This document shows positions 1-11,269 of a stretch of 64,000 nt of DNA, piece by piece. Source of the DNA: Haplodiscus bocki (Eukaryota); contig OZ296652.1 in assembly GCA_965655095.1 (NCBI GenBank), positions 82,398,001 to 82,462,000 of the forward strand, read 5' to 3'. The notes below the pieces were generated by a model. It saw only the letters and a program-made list of their open reading frames with translations, was not told where the DNA came from and did no database searches. A program made the position numbers and the translations under genes. Positions within the stretch are counted from its first letter, which is position 1, and each line of letters begins with the position of its first letter.

Positions 1-1127
1 GAAAAATTTCGGTGATTTCAAGACCTAAGTGCTAGGGAATGTGACTAAATAAATCACACAATGTTTTCAAATTAACCAAAATGATTTGAATTTTGAAGTT
101 TTTTTCTCGTTAAAAAGCCTATCTAAGGAGTGTCGAACTGTTACTGAAATTCAGTATGTGCTCTCTCTACTGAATCAGTCTCTTCTGTGGAAATCAGAAA
201 ACATCGTCGGATGGGCGACGAGCTATTGAGCTTCTACCATAATTTTTTCCTGAAATCAGATCTACAAAATCCTAATTCAATCAGCGTACGAACAAGTCGT
301 TCGCCATCATGCACCATTTAAGAATTACTGCACTAGCGCCATAGTTCCATTGTAATTCTAACCAAGCAATAAGAAAAGTGAGGCAGCAGTTCTGTGCAGA
401 AGTGTCCGATTCCGCTATGTCCGGTCTGGAAAAAATGTCAGCGAGGTACCGATGTCTTTCCCCTTTGACATATTATTTTTTTTCGAAATATCGCACGAAT
501 ATCCAAGCATATTGACTGGAATAAAAAAAATCCAACAGTTTATGATTTGTGTGTGCACTTTCACCGCTACTATGATGGTCCGTATGGTCCCTCTTGCGCT
601 CCCACGCAGCTTTATTGCGTTTTTGGAAAAATTCAAAATTTTTCAAATATCGCACGCAATTCCTTCTACTGGACGAGGTCGCAAAATGCCGTGCGAAGAA
701 GTAAAAAAAAACAAAAACCGGGTAACCTTATAAGTACTTCGTGAAATCTATAGGACTGGCGCAAAGCGCAATGCCAAAAAAAGTTGAAGGAAATTATTCA
801 AGATGAGCCATAATTCTACACTTTTTGCGAAATATCTAAAGGGTACGATTACGACATGAGCTTCAAGTCCCTTTCATATGTCCGCTCTAAATAGTAGTTT
901 GGATCTGATTTTTCTATTAATTTGGAGAAACATTCTTGTCCCACCCGCTTCAACAAACCATAATCTTCATTAAACTTCTATCTTTAATTCTAAGATCTTT
1001 AATTGTAAATCATCAATTTTACCCAAGAGCGAATTTGATCTAAAGCTGAAAACCTGTTTTTGATCCAACAATTTACAACTATCATTATTATAGACAGATA
1101 TATAACATTTTGTTTGAAGCTACTAAC

Positions 1128-1433
1128 AAGATCGAGCGCTGAGCCTCCGCCCAAGTACTCCATAATGATCCACAGCTTGGTTCCCTTGAGGAAAGAATTG
1201 AAATAGTTGATGACATGTAGAGAACGGCATTGGGAAAGGGTTTTGATTTCCTGTAAAATGTCTTCTATCTCATCTTCGGCTTCTTCTAGGTCGATGAGCT
1301 TGATGGCCACAACCTGCTTGCTCTTGTTTTCTATGCCCTTAAACACTTCTCCAAATGAGCCTTTTCCAACCCTCTGCAACTTCGTATAAAGTGTCTCCGG
1401 ATCACTCTTGGAACCCACTCCACCTTGTGACTC
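1128..1433 (-). CDS. GCK-III Ste20-like kinase (STK24/STK25/STK26), coding exon 2; the gene continues left of the window
   Basis: Reads ESQGGVGSKSDPETLYTKLQRVGKGSFGEVFKG...VVAIKLIDLEEAEDEIEDI...KLWIIMEYLGGGSALDL. Acceptor catttag at 1434-1435 and donor GTTAG at 1127; 306 bp, phase 0/0. Confidence 0.95.
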
Positions 1434-1908
1434 CTAAATGCAACATGAATCATACCCATCGTAGACGAAACTCAAGACTAACCCTTAACTGTGTTTAGAA
1501 TCCAGCTGGGAATATTCAAGAATCTTTACTTCGTGCACAGTGTAATATAATAATTTAGTGCAACATTTTACGCAACCATCAAGAGGTTCGTTACATCGGA
1601 GATTACTGTACACTTTCCTTCACATCTTTTCTGTATCTGTATCAAATAGAAGTTTTCTTCCTCATATTAGCTTTTCATATATGCTATCAGATAACCACCC
1701 ACAAGTATTATTTCAACACCTTTTGATATCCAAAACTTTCAAGGAATTGTTTTCCACATTCGAAATTTTGCTAAATCAAAAGCCTTTCTTTGGTAAATAA
1801 TTTATTCCTATTAAGAATGTCCTATATTAATTACACTAAAACAACCTCCGGAGGTCAGTAAACAGAAAATTAACTTCCTCGAAAAACAATTTCACAAAGA
1901 AAACTAAC

Positions 1909-1935
1909 CGAGTTTGGTAACAGCACATGATCCAT
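1909..1935 (-). CDS. Probable first coding exon of the GCK-III kinase (MDHVLLPNS)
   Basis: ATG at 1935, 9 codons, then a GTTAG donor at 1908. Phase 0 joins exon 2, which has an in-frame TAG directly upstream and so needs a spliced start. Resembles the short MAH... first exons of STK25/26. Confidence 0.65.
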
Positions 1936-4900
1936 GAGCCGTTGTGATAAAATAAATCATTGAAAAACTAAGCTATCATTTGGAATACGGACCCACCATA
2001 TTGCTCTGAAAAAAATGAGTAAAATCTGATTATTCAAACATAGCAAAAAAGGAAAACAATAATACAAAATTAATGGCCTTTGTGTTTAGTCTTTATTAGG
2101 GTTGGTCCAAATACAAGCTTTTCTTTATTTTACTCAACTGCTTTCAAAATGGAGCAATACTTCTTCAAGAGGATCAACCCATTCCAATGGAATGCTTTGA
2201 AAACTATACTTCATAAAAGAATAGTTGCAAATAATCGCATCAACATTCATTGAACGTACATGTGTAAGACATTTTTTCACCATATGCAAATTTAGCCAAT
2301 AAGTCAGAGCCTATCAACTTCTGCCTTTTGGCGATGTTTGCCAGCTACAAATTTCTTGGGAATGCAATATCAAAAAGATGCTTCAAATACTGACAGCGAA
2401 CTAATGAGCTTTTTATTCCTTGAACGCAGTTTTTATCATGAAAATTTTGTTCGCAAACAACACTACTGTGAAAAAGAAATCGCACTTTAGTTTTCGTCGT
2501 TTTATGGTCAATGTAGGCAAGTTATCGAGGGTTTATTTAACAAACTCTTCTTATTGCTTGCCTTTCAACATTTGTGCTAACAAAGTTGATCTCAAAAGCC
2601 TGAAAGTCCTGATATTAGATGGTTTGTAAAACCCAACCCTCTTTAACTGTTTTTACAATTTTTTTTTGAAAAATCTCTTACTTGCTCATTTAAGAAATTA
2701 TGCTCATTTAAGAAATTATATTTTTAATTTCTTCTGATCTGAGCCGATATCTTATCACTTTGCGGGCATAGCAGATATTTGAATATCGAAATTGCAGAAA
2801 AAATCGACAAGTTTCAAGCAAAAAATGCTATACCCTATTTTAATACAATTAAAAGCAAATTTCTCTCTAAACAGTCAATTTTCATGATTTACAAATTTTT
2901 TGGGTTAAAATGCACTTTCTGCCTTTCAGAAGATGAGGGATGTTAGGCTCCAAGCAAATTTTTTTCCCCAAATGGGTTAAAATGCATTAAATTTGTCACG
3001 ATTCGTAAAAAATGACGGCTCCAGGAGTAAAAATGCGATTCCCTATCTTCTATTATATTGTCCTTTTTTTTCAAACTAAAACCATTGTAATCTATGTAAA
3101 ACTTTTGTTTCCGAAATTTCCTTGTAAGTTGGCTAGATTTTTAGATATTCAGCTGTCCCATTTCCTTTTAACAGCCACATAGTCCATTTATTGATCAGAG
3201 TATTATATTTTCGAAAGAGAATTAAATGCGAAGAAGTATTATTTGGTTTAATGTGCGATGACAAAATAAGTCAAATATCACATGCACCCGACTGGGGAAT
3301 TCTGTAGCTTATGGAATTAATATCTCCAAACACAGATTTTGCATACAACGAGTCTAATATAAAGTTTAGACGAACAGATTGAATTTCCCTTCCAAATAAA
3401 TTTCCATCAGCCACAATCATAGGATTCTTGGGCGTTTCGCTGTACAAAGAAGTACAAAAAGGAAATCCCTGCTACTCCAATTTGCCAACAAGCGAATACG
3501 CCAATGAGCACTGGATGATCAAAACCTAGGGAAACATTTTTCAACTGGCATCAAATTTCAGCATGGAGCAATTCAGTGCCTCTTAGTATCATTAAAGCCA
3601 AATTTACACTTCCAAAGCCGTGTTTACGCAAAATTTGCTTTCATTTGGCGCTTAAGTGTTAAGATACTAGACTTTATTATATCGTGGAATGAGTCATAGA
3701 AAAACCTTTCCGCAACAATGAGAGAAATCAGACCTATAGATGCGAAGAAATTAGCTATCAAAAATCCCATTTGGAAATGCAAGGGTAAAAATTGGAATAT
3801 AACGTCCTATGAATGTACGCAGCCGTCGTAAACACCCTCATTATTCACCCTCGAAAACTAAGTGTCACACAAATACAAAAGCGTCAGACGAAGTTTAAAA
3901 TTTTACAATATCGACGTGTTCTAAAGACGCCTGGAAAAAAGGTCAAGCTTTGTCCCGATGATATCGAATACCTTCGATATGTAAAACATGACCTTTAAGG
4001 ACTCTGCTGTCTATATTTCAGACCAATCTTTCGAAAAAAAAACATTTTTAGAAAGCAAAAAAAAACAAGCATCTACGGAGTCGCAAAAAACTCTGATGAC
4101 TCAAAAATACTAGTTTTGAAATGGATGAAAACACTAGGTATAAGCCATTTCTTCCAGTTAAAACGTGTAAAAAGATCAAAATATCATGCGAATAAAACTG
4201 ACAATTATAGGAGACTTGACTTGGCAGTCAATCGAGAGTGAACTGATTATTTTTCAGCCCTACTTTGAAATGAGTTTAAAAACTTGGATAACTTGATCAC
4301 ACCCCGAAAGTCAACGAAAGCGAATAGAGAAGTTCACTACTTGAGCAGAAATAAAAATGAACGATATTCACATAAGAGGGGCCTCAGAAAGTGTGAATAC
4401 GCAGACTTCTCTAGTAGCTCCCAGTTTCATTCTGAACTTCCTTGCTCAATCCTTTATTCACTGCAGTTAATTTTTTCGTTTTTGAGGTAAAAGTAAAAGC
4501 AATAGCCCTTCAAAAGCAAGCAGGGAGACTTCTACTCTATCCAATTTTTATTCTTCCGCTCTCTCGCTTTATTCGCTTACGTTGCGACTATAAATTTCAC
4601 AATTTGGAGCGAAGAAAAAGTATTGTTAGAAAAAAGCAACAATAGGCCTTGAGCTATCGCGGAATACCTGAAAATTGTACTTGGTAACTTTCAGTTTTAA
4701 GCTATCAACAGTTCCATAATCGGATTTGAATTCTTTCAGTGAGCAGTAAAAGGGAACATCTTGTAACCGGCAATGGCTTGAATTGTTTTTCATAAGTGAT
4801 ATGTCTTATGGAAGCAAACTGTACAATGTATCGCTCAGAAAGACTGGGTCGTTTTTATTTCATTCTTCCGCTTTTTCATTCAACTCTTTATCCCTTCACA

Positions 4901-6329
4901 GTCCTTTTTTGGGATCTGCAAAAACAGTAAAAGTAATAGTATCCGTGGTCAATTTCAAGTTAGTTTCATTTCTACAAAATGCAAATTCATTGAGCCTGAA
5001 TGAATCACTTTGGCGAACGACAATTTATTTATCCATTTCAAAAATAAGGTATCTTTTCTGTTAACTCCCCCTTCCCCCCCCCCCCCCCCCAAAGTTATGA
5101 GCAGTAGTTATGAGAATTTAACACCCCCTCCTCCCTCCCCCCATGCGGAAGCGAACTCTGATTGGCTACAAATCAGACGCGCGCTATAAAAACCATTATT
5201 CTGCATATCCATTATGGTGCATGTGTGTCTTGGGGGGGGGGGGCGGGGGGGGGGTTGGTTAATGGAAAAGATCTAAAATGAGTTGAAGCTTCCTTTACCT
5301 AAGGAAACATTCTTATCTAAGCAAATACCAAAGATGTGAAAGAAAGCTAGCTAATCACCAGCGCTTCATAAACAGAAGAAAAATAGCTTTAGCCGAATCA
5401 TTCAATGTTATTCTTTGCAAGTCACAACTTTTTGCGACATGATAAGTGCCAGAACTTATCGCTTACAGCCCCTTGCGCATTTTTGGGAACAAACTCGCCA
5501 AAACCGTATGTCTAGCCTTTTAAATTTTGACCATTTGGCCTTCGCTGACTTTAATCTTATCTAAGGCCGTTTACCTTTATCGCAATTTCTATGGGTAGAG
5601 TTTATATGACCAAGTCACAAGCTATGGTTCCAAATATTTCGTCTATTTTAGCACTCTCAAACAGAGCAAAGAGATTTTCAGTTTATGATATGATTGCAAT
5701 TTCTATTTCAAGGTGATACCAAAAATCCAAATCCAATTTCATTCGTGTTTATTTTTATAGTAAAGTGGTTTGACGTCACAACACCATTGTTCCAAGTGCT
5801 TCAGTGAAACGTCGCGCATCATAAAACCACATTTCTCAGAAAACCACCATTGAGTTTCACGATAGCCGTAAATGTTACAATCGTCTTTTAGAGATTATTT
5901 CATGAACCCACTCCGGCCATACCGTCAAATCATGGTGACTCATGCGACTAATCGACCATCGAAAAAATTGAACGCTTATTAAAGGAAACTCCTACCTGAG
6001 ATGACCACGTTCATGATAACTTAAACCTCCATGACAATTAAGGACTACTCTCGATGGCATTTAGACAATAATCGTAAAATTTGACACCAGAACAAAATGT
6101 AAATTCGTACCACTTATCATTCAATATTTAGAACGCCTTCGAAAATTATGATGCTTTCTGTAGACTTTCCAATATGTTAGTTTTCAAACTATTGGCGAAA
6201 AAACTTTTGCATAAAAATTTGTCTTAAGAGCTGTTGGTAAACAAGTCCTAAAAATTGTTTCACACATTCTCTTCTCTTTTCCAATCTGTCCGGGTCATTA
6301 GACAAAGCACAACATAAATAATTGCAAAA

Positions 6330-6940
6330 TAAACCGAACTCTTTAGTTACTTTAGGGCAACTTAGTCAATTTCCTCCTAAACTGTCTAAAGGGCCTCGTA
6401 AACAACGGGCGCCAATTGGATCTTCTCTCTGTGTTTGGCTAAGTGTGACAAGCGGTGTTCATCAAGGATCCATTTTGGGACCATTGATGTTCATCGCTTC
6501 CATAAATGACTTACCAATATTACTGAAGAACCCTTCCTTCGACTACTCTGACGACTATAAGACACTCTCGGCTGGTTTCCACAACCAAAGTTGACCTAGA
6601 TTCTATACGTAACTAGTGCGTGAACATAGTATGAGATTAAACCAGACTAAATGCCATGAACTGACGTTTAAAAGCAAAGAGAACTACTGTGTTTGGCACT
6701 CATGAACTACAAAAGGTGGAACGTGAGAAAGATCATGCAATAATGCTACAAAAGATTTGAAATGGATCGAGCACCTAAAGAGAAGAGCACAGAAGGCTAT
6801 CAGTGCTTTTTTCACTGTAAATCGTAATATGTTCAAATTTGCAACTCCACAATTGAACATCAAACTCTCCTCTCTCTCACTACATTACCTAAAAACGACT
6901 AGAATCGAAACGGAACATACGATTACCCTTCTAGTGTGAA
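6330..6940 (+). mobile_element. Degenerate LINE (CR1/L2-like) reverse transcriptase 3' fragment
   Basis: VTSGVHQGSILGPLMFIASINDLP and YSDDYK (YADD-like) motifs, interrupted by stops and frameshifts. Confidence 0.85.
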
Positions 6941-7149
6941 GCTTTCAAGCCGAAAAAAAATTGGCATTACTGCAAGAGAACTGCGAATGGATTGTGTTCA
7001 CTGTAATTTTTGATGTCCGTCCATGGCGCTGTTCAAAGAGGAAAGAAATTAAATTCGTACAGAAGAAATGTACCTGATCTACAGAACAGCACCAAATTTG
7101 GTGTACACTTTTGGCAATATTGAGTAAACCCTTACAAAGTCATTGCAGC

Positions 7150-8160
7150 ACACAGATGCCAACCAACATTATTCGAGGAGGATCGATAGTAATTTTTATT
7201 TCCGCTTAACATGGGTCGGCGAAAGGTCCGAAAACCAACAAACCACTTCGAGGACTATTTATGGTCTAAAGACATTGGAGAACATCTAACCGATGAGAGC
7301 ATTTTGGATGAGACAGAGAAAAAAACATCAAGCGCAATTAAGCGGGAAAAAACATCAGAAGCGGAAAGTTGAAAAGGAAGAACTATAGGACACGCTGACC
7401 AAAAGAAACACCAAAAGGTCAGCTTGGCTTTAAAAAAAGGCGAATCAAACTGGCTGAATTTCCTACCGCTGACAAAACATGACTTCAACCGGGGCAAGTC
7501 AGAATTTCGAGATGGATTACACCCACAACACGGAAAGGAGACCAAGAAGCTACCGAAAACCTGTCCATGTGATCAGCAGTTTACGATTATCCATGCACTT
7601 CTCTGTCCAAAAAGGTAGATGTACACATATACGCCAGAATGGAATCAGGGACACTTTTGCAAGGTTGATGAAGAGTGCCACACGGTCGAACTCGAACTCT
7701 TATTCAACCGTTGCAAGACGAAACCTTTGACCACACGTCAATCACAACAAAAAATGAAGGTAGCTTCGACCTTAAAGCAAATATTCTAAGGGGCCACCGT
7801 TTAGCACGCTGCTTCTTTGATGTAAAGATCACTAATCCGTCAGCCAAAACGTCAAAAAAACTCAGACAACTTACTACAGAAATCTGAAAAACTGAAATAC
7901 CAGCAACGCATTCTGGATGTTGAAGAAAGCAGCTTCGTTCCAATATTTTTCGCACGCACAAATGGCGCTGCTCCAGGTGCAACAAAAGTAATGCAACAAC
8001 CTCTAGCGAAGATAAGCGGAAAATCGGAATAAGCCGACGCCATGAATTACATAGGAACCAAAATGAGCTTGGCTCTCCTCCGGAGCTCGATTCGTTGTTT
8101 GTGGGTAGTGATCGATGAAAACCAGAGAATCAGAAAACTCAATCGGAGCGATCACAGAAG
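7150..8160 (+). mobile_element. Degenerate CRE-clade non-LTR retrotransposon, C-terminal CCHC knuckle plus restriction-like endonuclease
   Basis: Across frames: ESNWLNFLPL..HDF..KSEFRDGL, CPCDQQFTIIHALLCPK, HIRQNGIRDTFA, QPLQDETF, FDLKA..RG..ARCFFDVKITNPSAKT, YQQRILDVEESSFVPIF, SLALLRSSIRCL. Confidence 0.8.
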
Positions 8161-9374
8161 GAAGGCTGTAAATCGAATTTTATAAAATTTGAAGCCTTTA
8201 AACTTGTCATACGATGCAATAAACTATTGCACTCAACTTTTATTATATAACCAAGGACACCGTTCAATAAAACTGTGCAGGAGGGGCACAGTATGCAGCA
8301 TATCAACGACCAGCCGCTTGAACTTTTTTCTCTTCGACATGGTAATTTTTCTCACATCATTTCCAAGACTTTTGCCCTGTTATCGCATTTAACTTTTGAA
8401 CCCAGCGCTTATCTATCCAAGCCACCATATACAAGTTGCTCGACATACCGATGTTTCAGAAATGGCTACCGGATTATGCTGACTAAAAGAAAGGTGCAAC
8501 TTAGTGGTGAATAGTTTGTGATTTGAGAGCACTATGTCATTTATAAATAATAGCCTTCACAGTTCACGGTCGGCCAAAGGGTTTGCTATTAGCTGTGGAG
8601 TACAGCTTTTAACTGATCTTCAGGTTTCTCTATAAACAGGCGAAGTTTGAAAACTCGGCTATTTAATCGAGATTGGTCTTTAGTGTGTCACCAGTAATAA
8701 TTATCTTGCAGTCTCCTTGTTGCTGCGAAATTTAGGTCGAATAAGTATTGAATCGTTTATAATCTGAGTTCGAAAAGCGCACGTTCACAGTTTGAAATAC
8801 ACTGGAAGTTCAATTTTGATGATAGGTAAAATAGGGTAAGTTAAAAGTAACGAATTGTTCATTAATACCAGCTATTTTGAGATCTTATAATTATCACGAA
8901 TTTTCTGGGCCATCTGGTAGTTTTATAGAGAATGTAAACTGATGGCTTCGCTATTTTATGACTATGAATATATTTTACTGAGCGTTCAACGTAATTTCAC
9001 TTTAACGGGGCTGAAAAAGGTTGTCGCGGATCTTGATAAAGAACAAACTTGAAGTCGGCAAATTTACGTCAGAAGACCGAGAATACGTACTTTCAGAATA
9101 CAAAAGTTAATTTTCTTAAACTAATTGTAGTAATTCCAGTAAGCTTCTCTATTTCGCCTGTCAAAATGTCATGCTTAAAATTTTCGCCACTCTTGAGTCT
9201 GTCTTCGTGCAGACAATCTTTGCTAGTACTGGAAACGGAGAAAAAATTAGATACATGCCGACAAATAAGGGAGAACCTTTACCTGAAGCACTCTGTGTAG
9301 CTCACATACGTTACTAACTCAAAACTTGCTACTAAAAAGAACAAAATCAAAACAATCAGGCCTCAAAAATTCAA

Positions 9375-9913
9375 TTAAGCAACAGAAGAAGCATTGGAAG
9401 AAATTTTAGGCCACAAGTCAGCACATTCTTTAGCCACGGGTCCAGTGATTGCAGATCCCTTCATCTCTCCTTTGACATTGACGATGACACCTGCGTTGTC
9501 TTCGAAGTAAACGAAGATACCGTCCTTTCTCCGGTAAGGTTTGCGTTGTCGGATGACCACGGCGGGCATGACCTGAAATCATCCAAACTCGGAGTATCGC
9601 GTTGAAAAAATCTCATACCAATTCAACAAAAATATTGTAGTCTCAATTGCCATTATGTTTTAATAGTGAAGTAACAAAATTGAAAACTCACCTTTTTACG
9701 CAACTCAGGCTTGCCTTTCTTCACGGTTGCCATTACCATGTCTCCAGAGGCAGCGGCGGGCAACCTATTCAGTCTTCCGTGAACATGTTTCACCGAGATG
9801 ATGTACAGATTCTTTGCTCCAGTATTATCAGCGCAGTTAATGACAGCACCAACAGGCAAACCAAGTGAGATCTTGAACTTGCTGCCACCACCTCCCTTAC
9901 CTCGTCGAGACAT
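9375..9913 (-). CDS. RPL23: 60S ribosomal protein L23 (uL14); CDS exons 9692-9913 and 9375-9572, 139 aa
   Basis: [34 protein letters not shown]...KPELRKK|[11 protein letters not shown]...[19 protein letters not shown]. 119-bp GTGAG..TTTCAG intron at 9573-9691, phase 0. Confidence 0.98.
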
Positions 9914-9982
9914 TGTTCAGTTATCTGAAAATCGAATTAAATTGAAGCTGATTAGAAAAAAATCAAACAAAAATTTAATTAC

Positions 9983-10010
9983 GATCAGAGTAAACGCCTC
10001 CAAAGAAAAA
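9983..10010 (-). promoter_or_regulatory. Non-coding first exon of RPL23 starting with a TCT/5'-TOP-like pyrimidine tract
   Basis: Minus strand reads TTTTTCTTTGG...CTGATC|GTAATT. A 58-bp intron (9925-9982) ends TTTTCAG, 11 nt before the ATG. Confidence 0.7.
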
Positions 10011-10172
10011 TCATGGCTCACATGTCATGCTAGCATGATGAAAATATAAATTCTAAAAAATGAAAATGCAATTAACCTATGTCATATAGTTATAAGGCAC
10101 TGCTCTGTTTATTATCACTCAAAACAAAGCCTATTTATACAGCTAAATACATGTGAACCCGCATGAAAATCA

Positions 10173-10451
10173 TTACGTCAAATTAATTCTATAATCCAGC
10201 ATCATTATTTTGATAGTCATAAAATCGTTTCCTTTACTGTGTGCGTGTGTGAGTGAGAGATGATGACAACTCTCGAAATGGCTGCCACTCATGTTGAAAC
10301 CAGTTCCATGGACCCTCTGTCGCCTTGCCTTGACCATCTGAAAAAATGGCTTGGTACGCGACAGAACTGTCTCTAGGTCTGAGACGATAGTCTTGAAGAA
10401 GGCGACTGACTCACTCACATCCGAAGCTACGTTGCCACTTTCGATCTCCAT
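10173..10451 (-). CDS. Short ORF whose N-terminus resembles neuroguidin (Sas10/Utp3/C1D); possibly a truncated gene or first exon
   Basis: SDVSESVAFFKTIVSDLETVLSRTKPFFQMVKA aligns without gaps to the recalled human NGDN segment SDLPSAVTLLKNLQEQVMAVTAQVKSLTQKVQA. Similarity is lost after that. Confidence 0.3.
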   Translation of the reverse strand: MEIESGNVASDVSESVAFFKTIVSDLETVLSRTKPFFQMVKARRQRVHGTGFNMSGSHFESCHHLSLTHAHSKGNDFMTIKIMMLDYRINLT

Positions 10452-11269
10452 TTAACGAAACCTTCTTATCAACAACTTTCTCTTGAATATTACGAAAAAG
10501 TTATCAGCGATGTTTTGCCGGCAGGGATGAAATGTCGAATCACCAATTTTTGAATCTTTCACACATAACTAAATAGTTTCAGTTGAAGAATGATGATTTG
10601 GTGCAGCAGTGGTGGCCCCCATTGATGTGGCACTGGACTAGCAAACCCTGTTGTCACAGCAACCCTCCGACACTATTAACTATTATTCATCAAAAGGGTG
10701 ATGTCTGCAGGGGATCCCTTCCCGATCAACATCAGCCTAAGAAATCGCAGCTAAGTCAATTTTAACTTACCTTCCAACTTATTTTTTTTTCACGGTATAA
10801 ATGTTGAAGAAAGTTGGAGCAAGTTCCCTCCACTACTCGCTGAGCTCCTTCCGTCAGTAATTCGAGAACCTCTTGACGAGATCGTTTACTCAGAGCCCGG
10901 TCTGTCTCAACCCCAATTCAGTTGTTAAAAGCGAAAATGCTACCGGTAATCTGGAATCCAACTCCCAGAAAAAGTCCAGGATCATCTTGTGACACGAACT
11001 TATTAACAACACGACTACTCACCGAACGAATATTAATGAACCCCTAACAACCGATCGCCTGCTCGATATCCTGGGCATATTTGAGTCTTTCGTGCATTGT
11101 CTATTGAGAACGTGAAAGTGCGCCAAACATTTGAAGAACGACAACTCAAAGTCTTTGTCGTCGACGTCACAGCGCATATCCATACTGGAGCGGAACAACT
11201 AGAGAAAGTGATCGTGGAGAAGCGCCCCGCACTTCACGTCACACGATCAAGAAATGCGATCTTTGCGTA

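Noticed and set aside
999-1127. C-terminal part of the 139-aa kinase ORF
   Set aside because: Read-through into the intron after the GTTAG donor at 1127.
2682-2718. Tandem duplication of TGCTCATTTAAGAAATTA
   Set aside because: Two adjacent copies only; ordinary slippage, not an array or CRISPR.
9573-9691. snoRNA in the RPL23 intron
   Set aside because: No convincing C/D or H/ACA box arrangement.
10585-10770. C/D snoRNA suggested by ATGATGA at ~10590
   Set aside because: No suitably placed CTGA D box or terminal stem.
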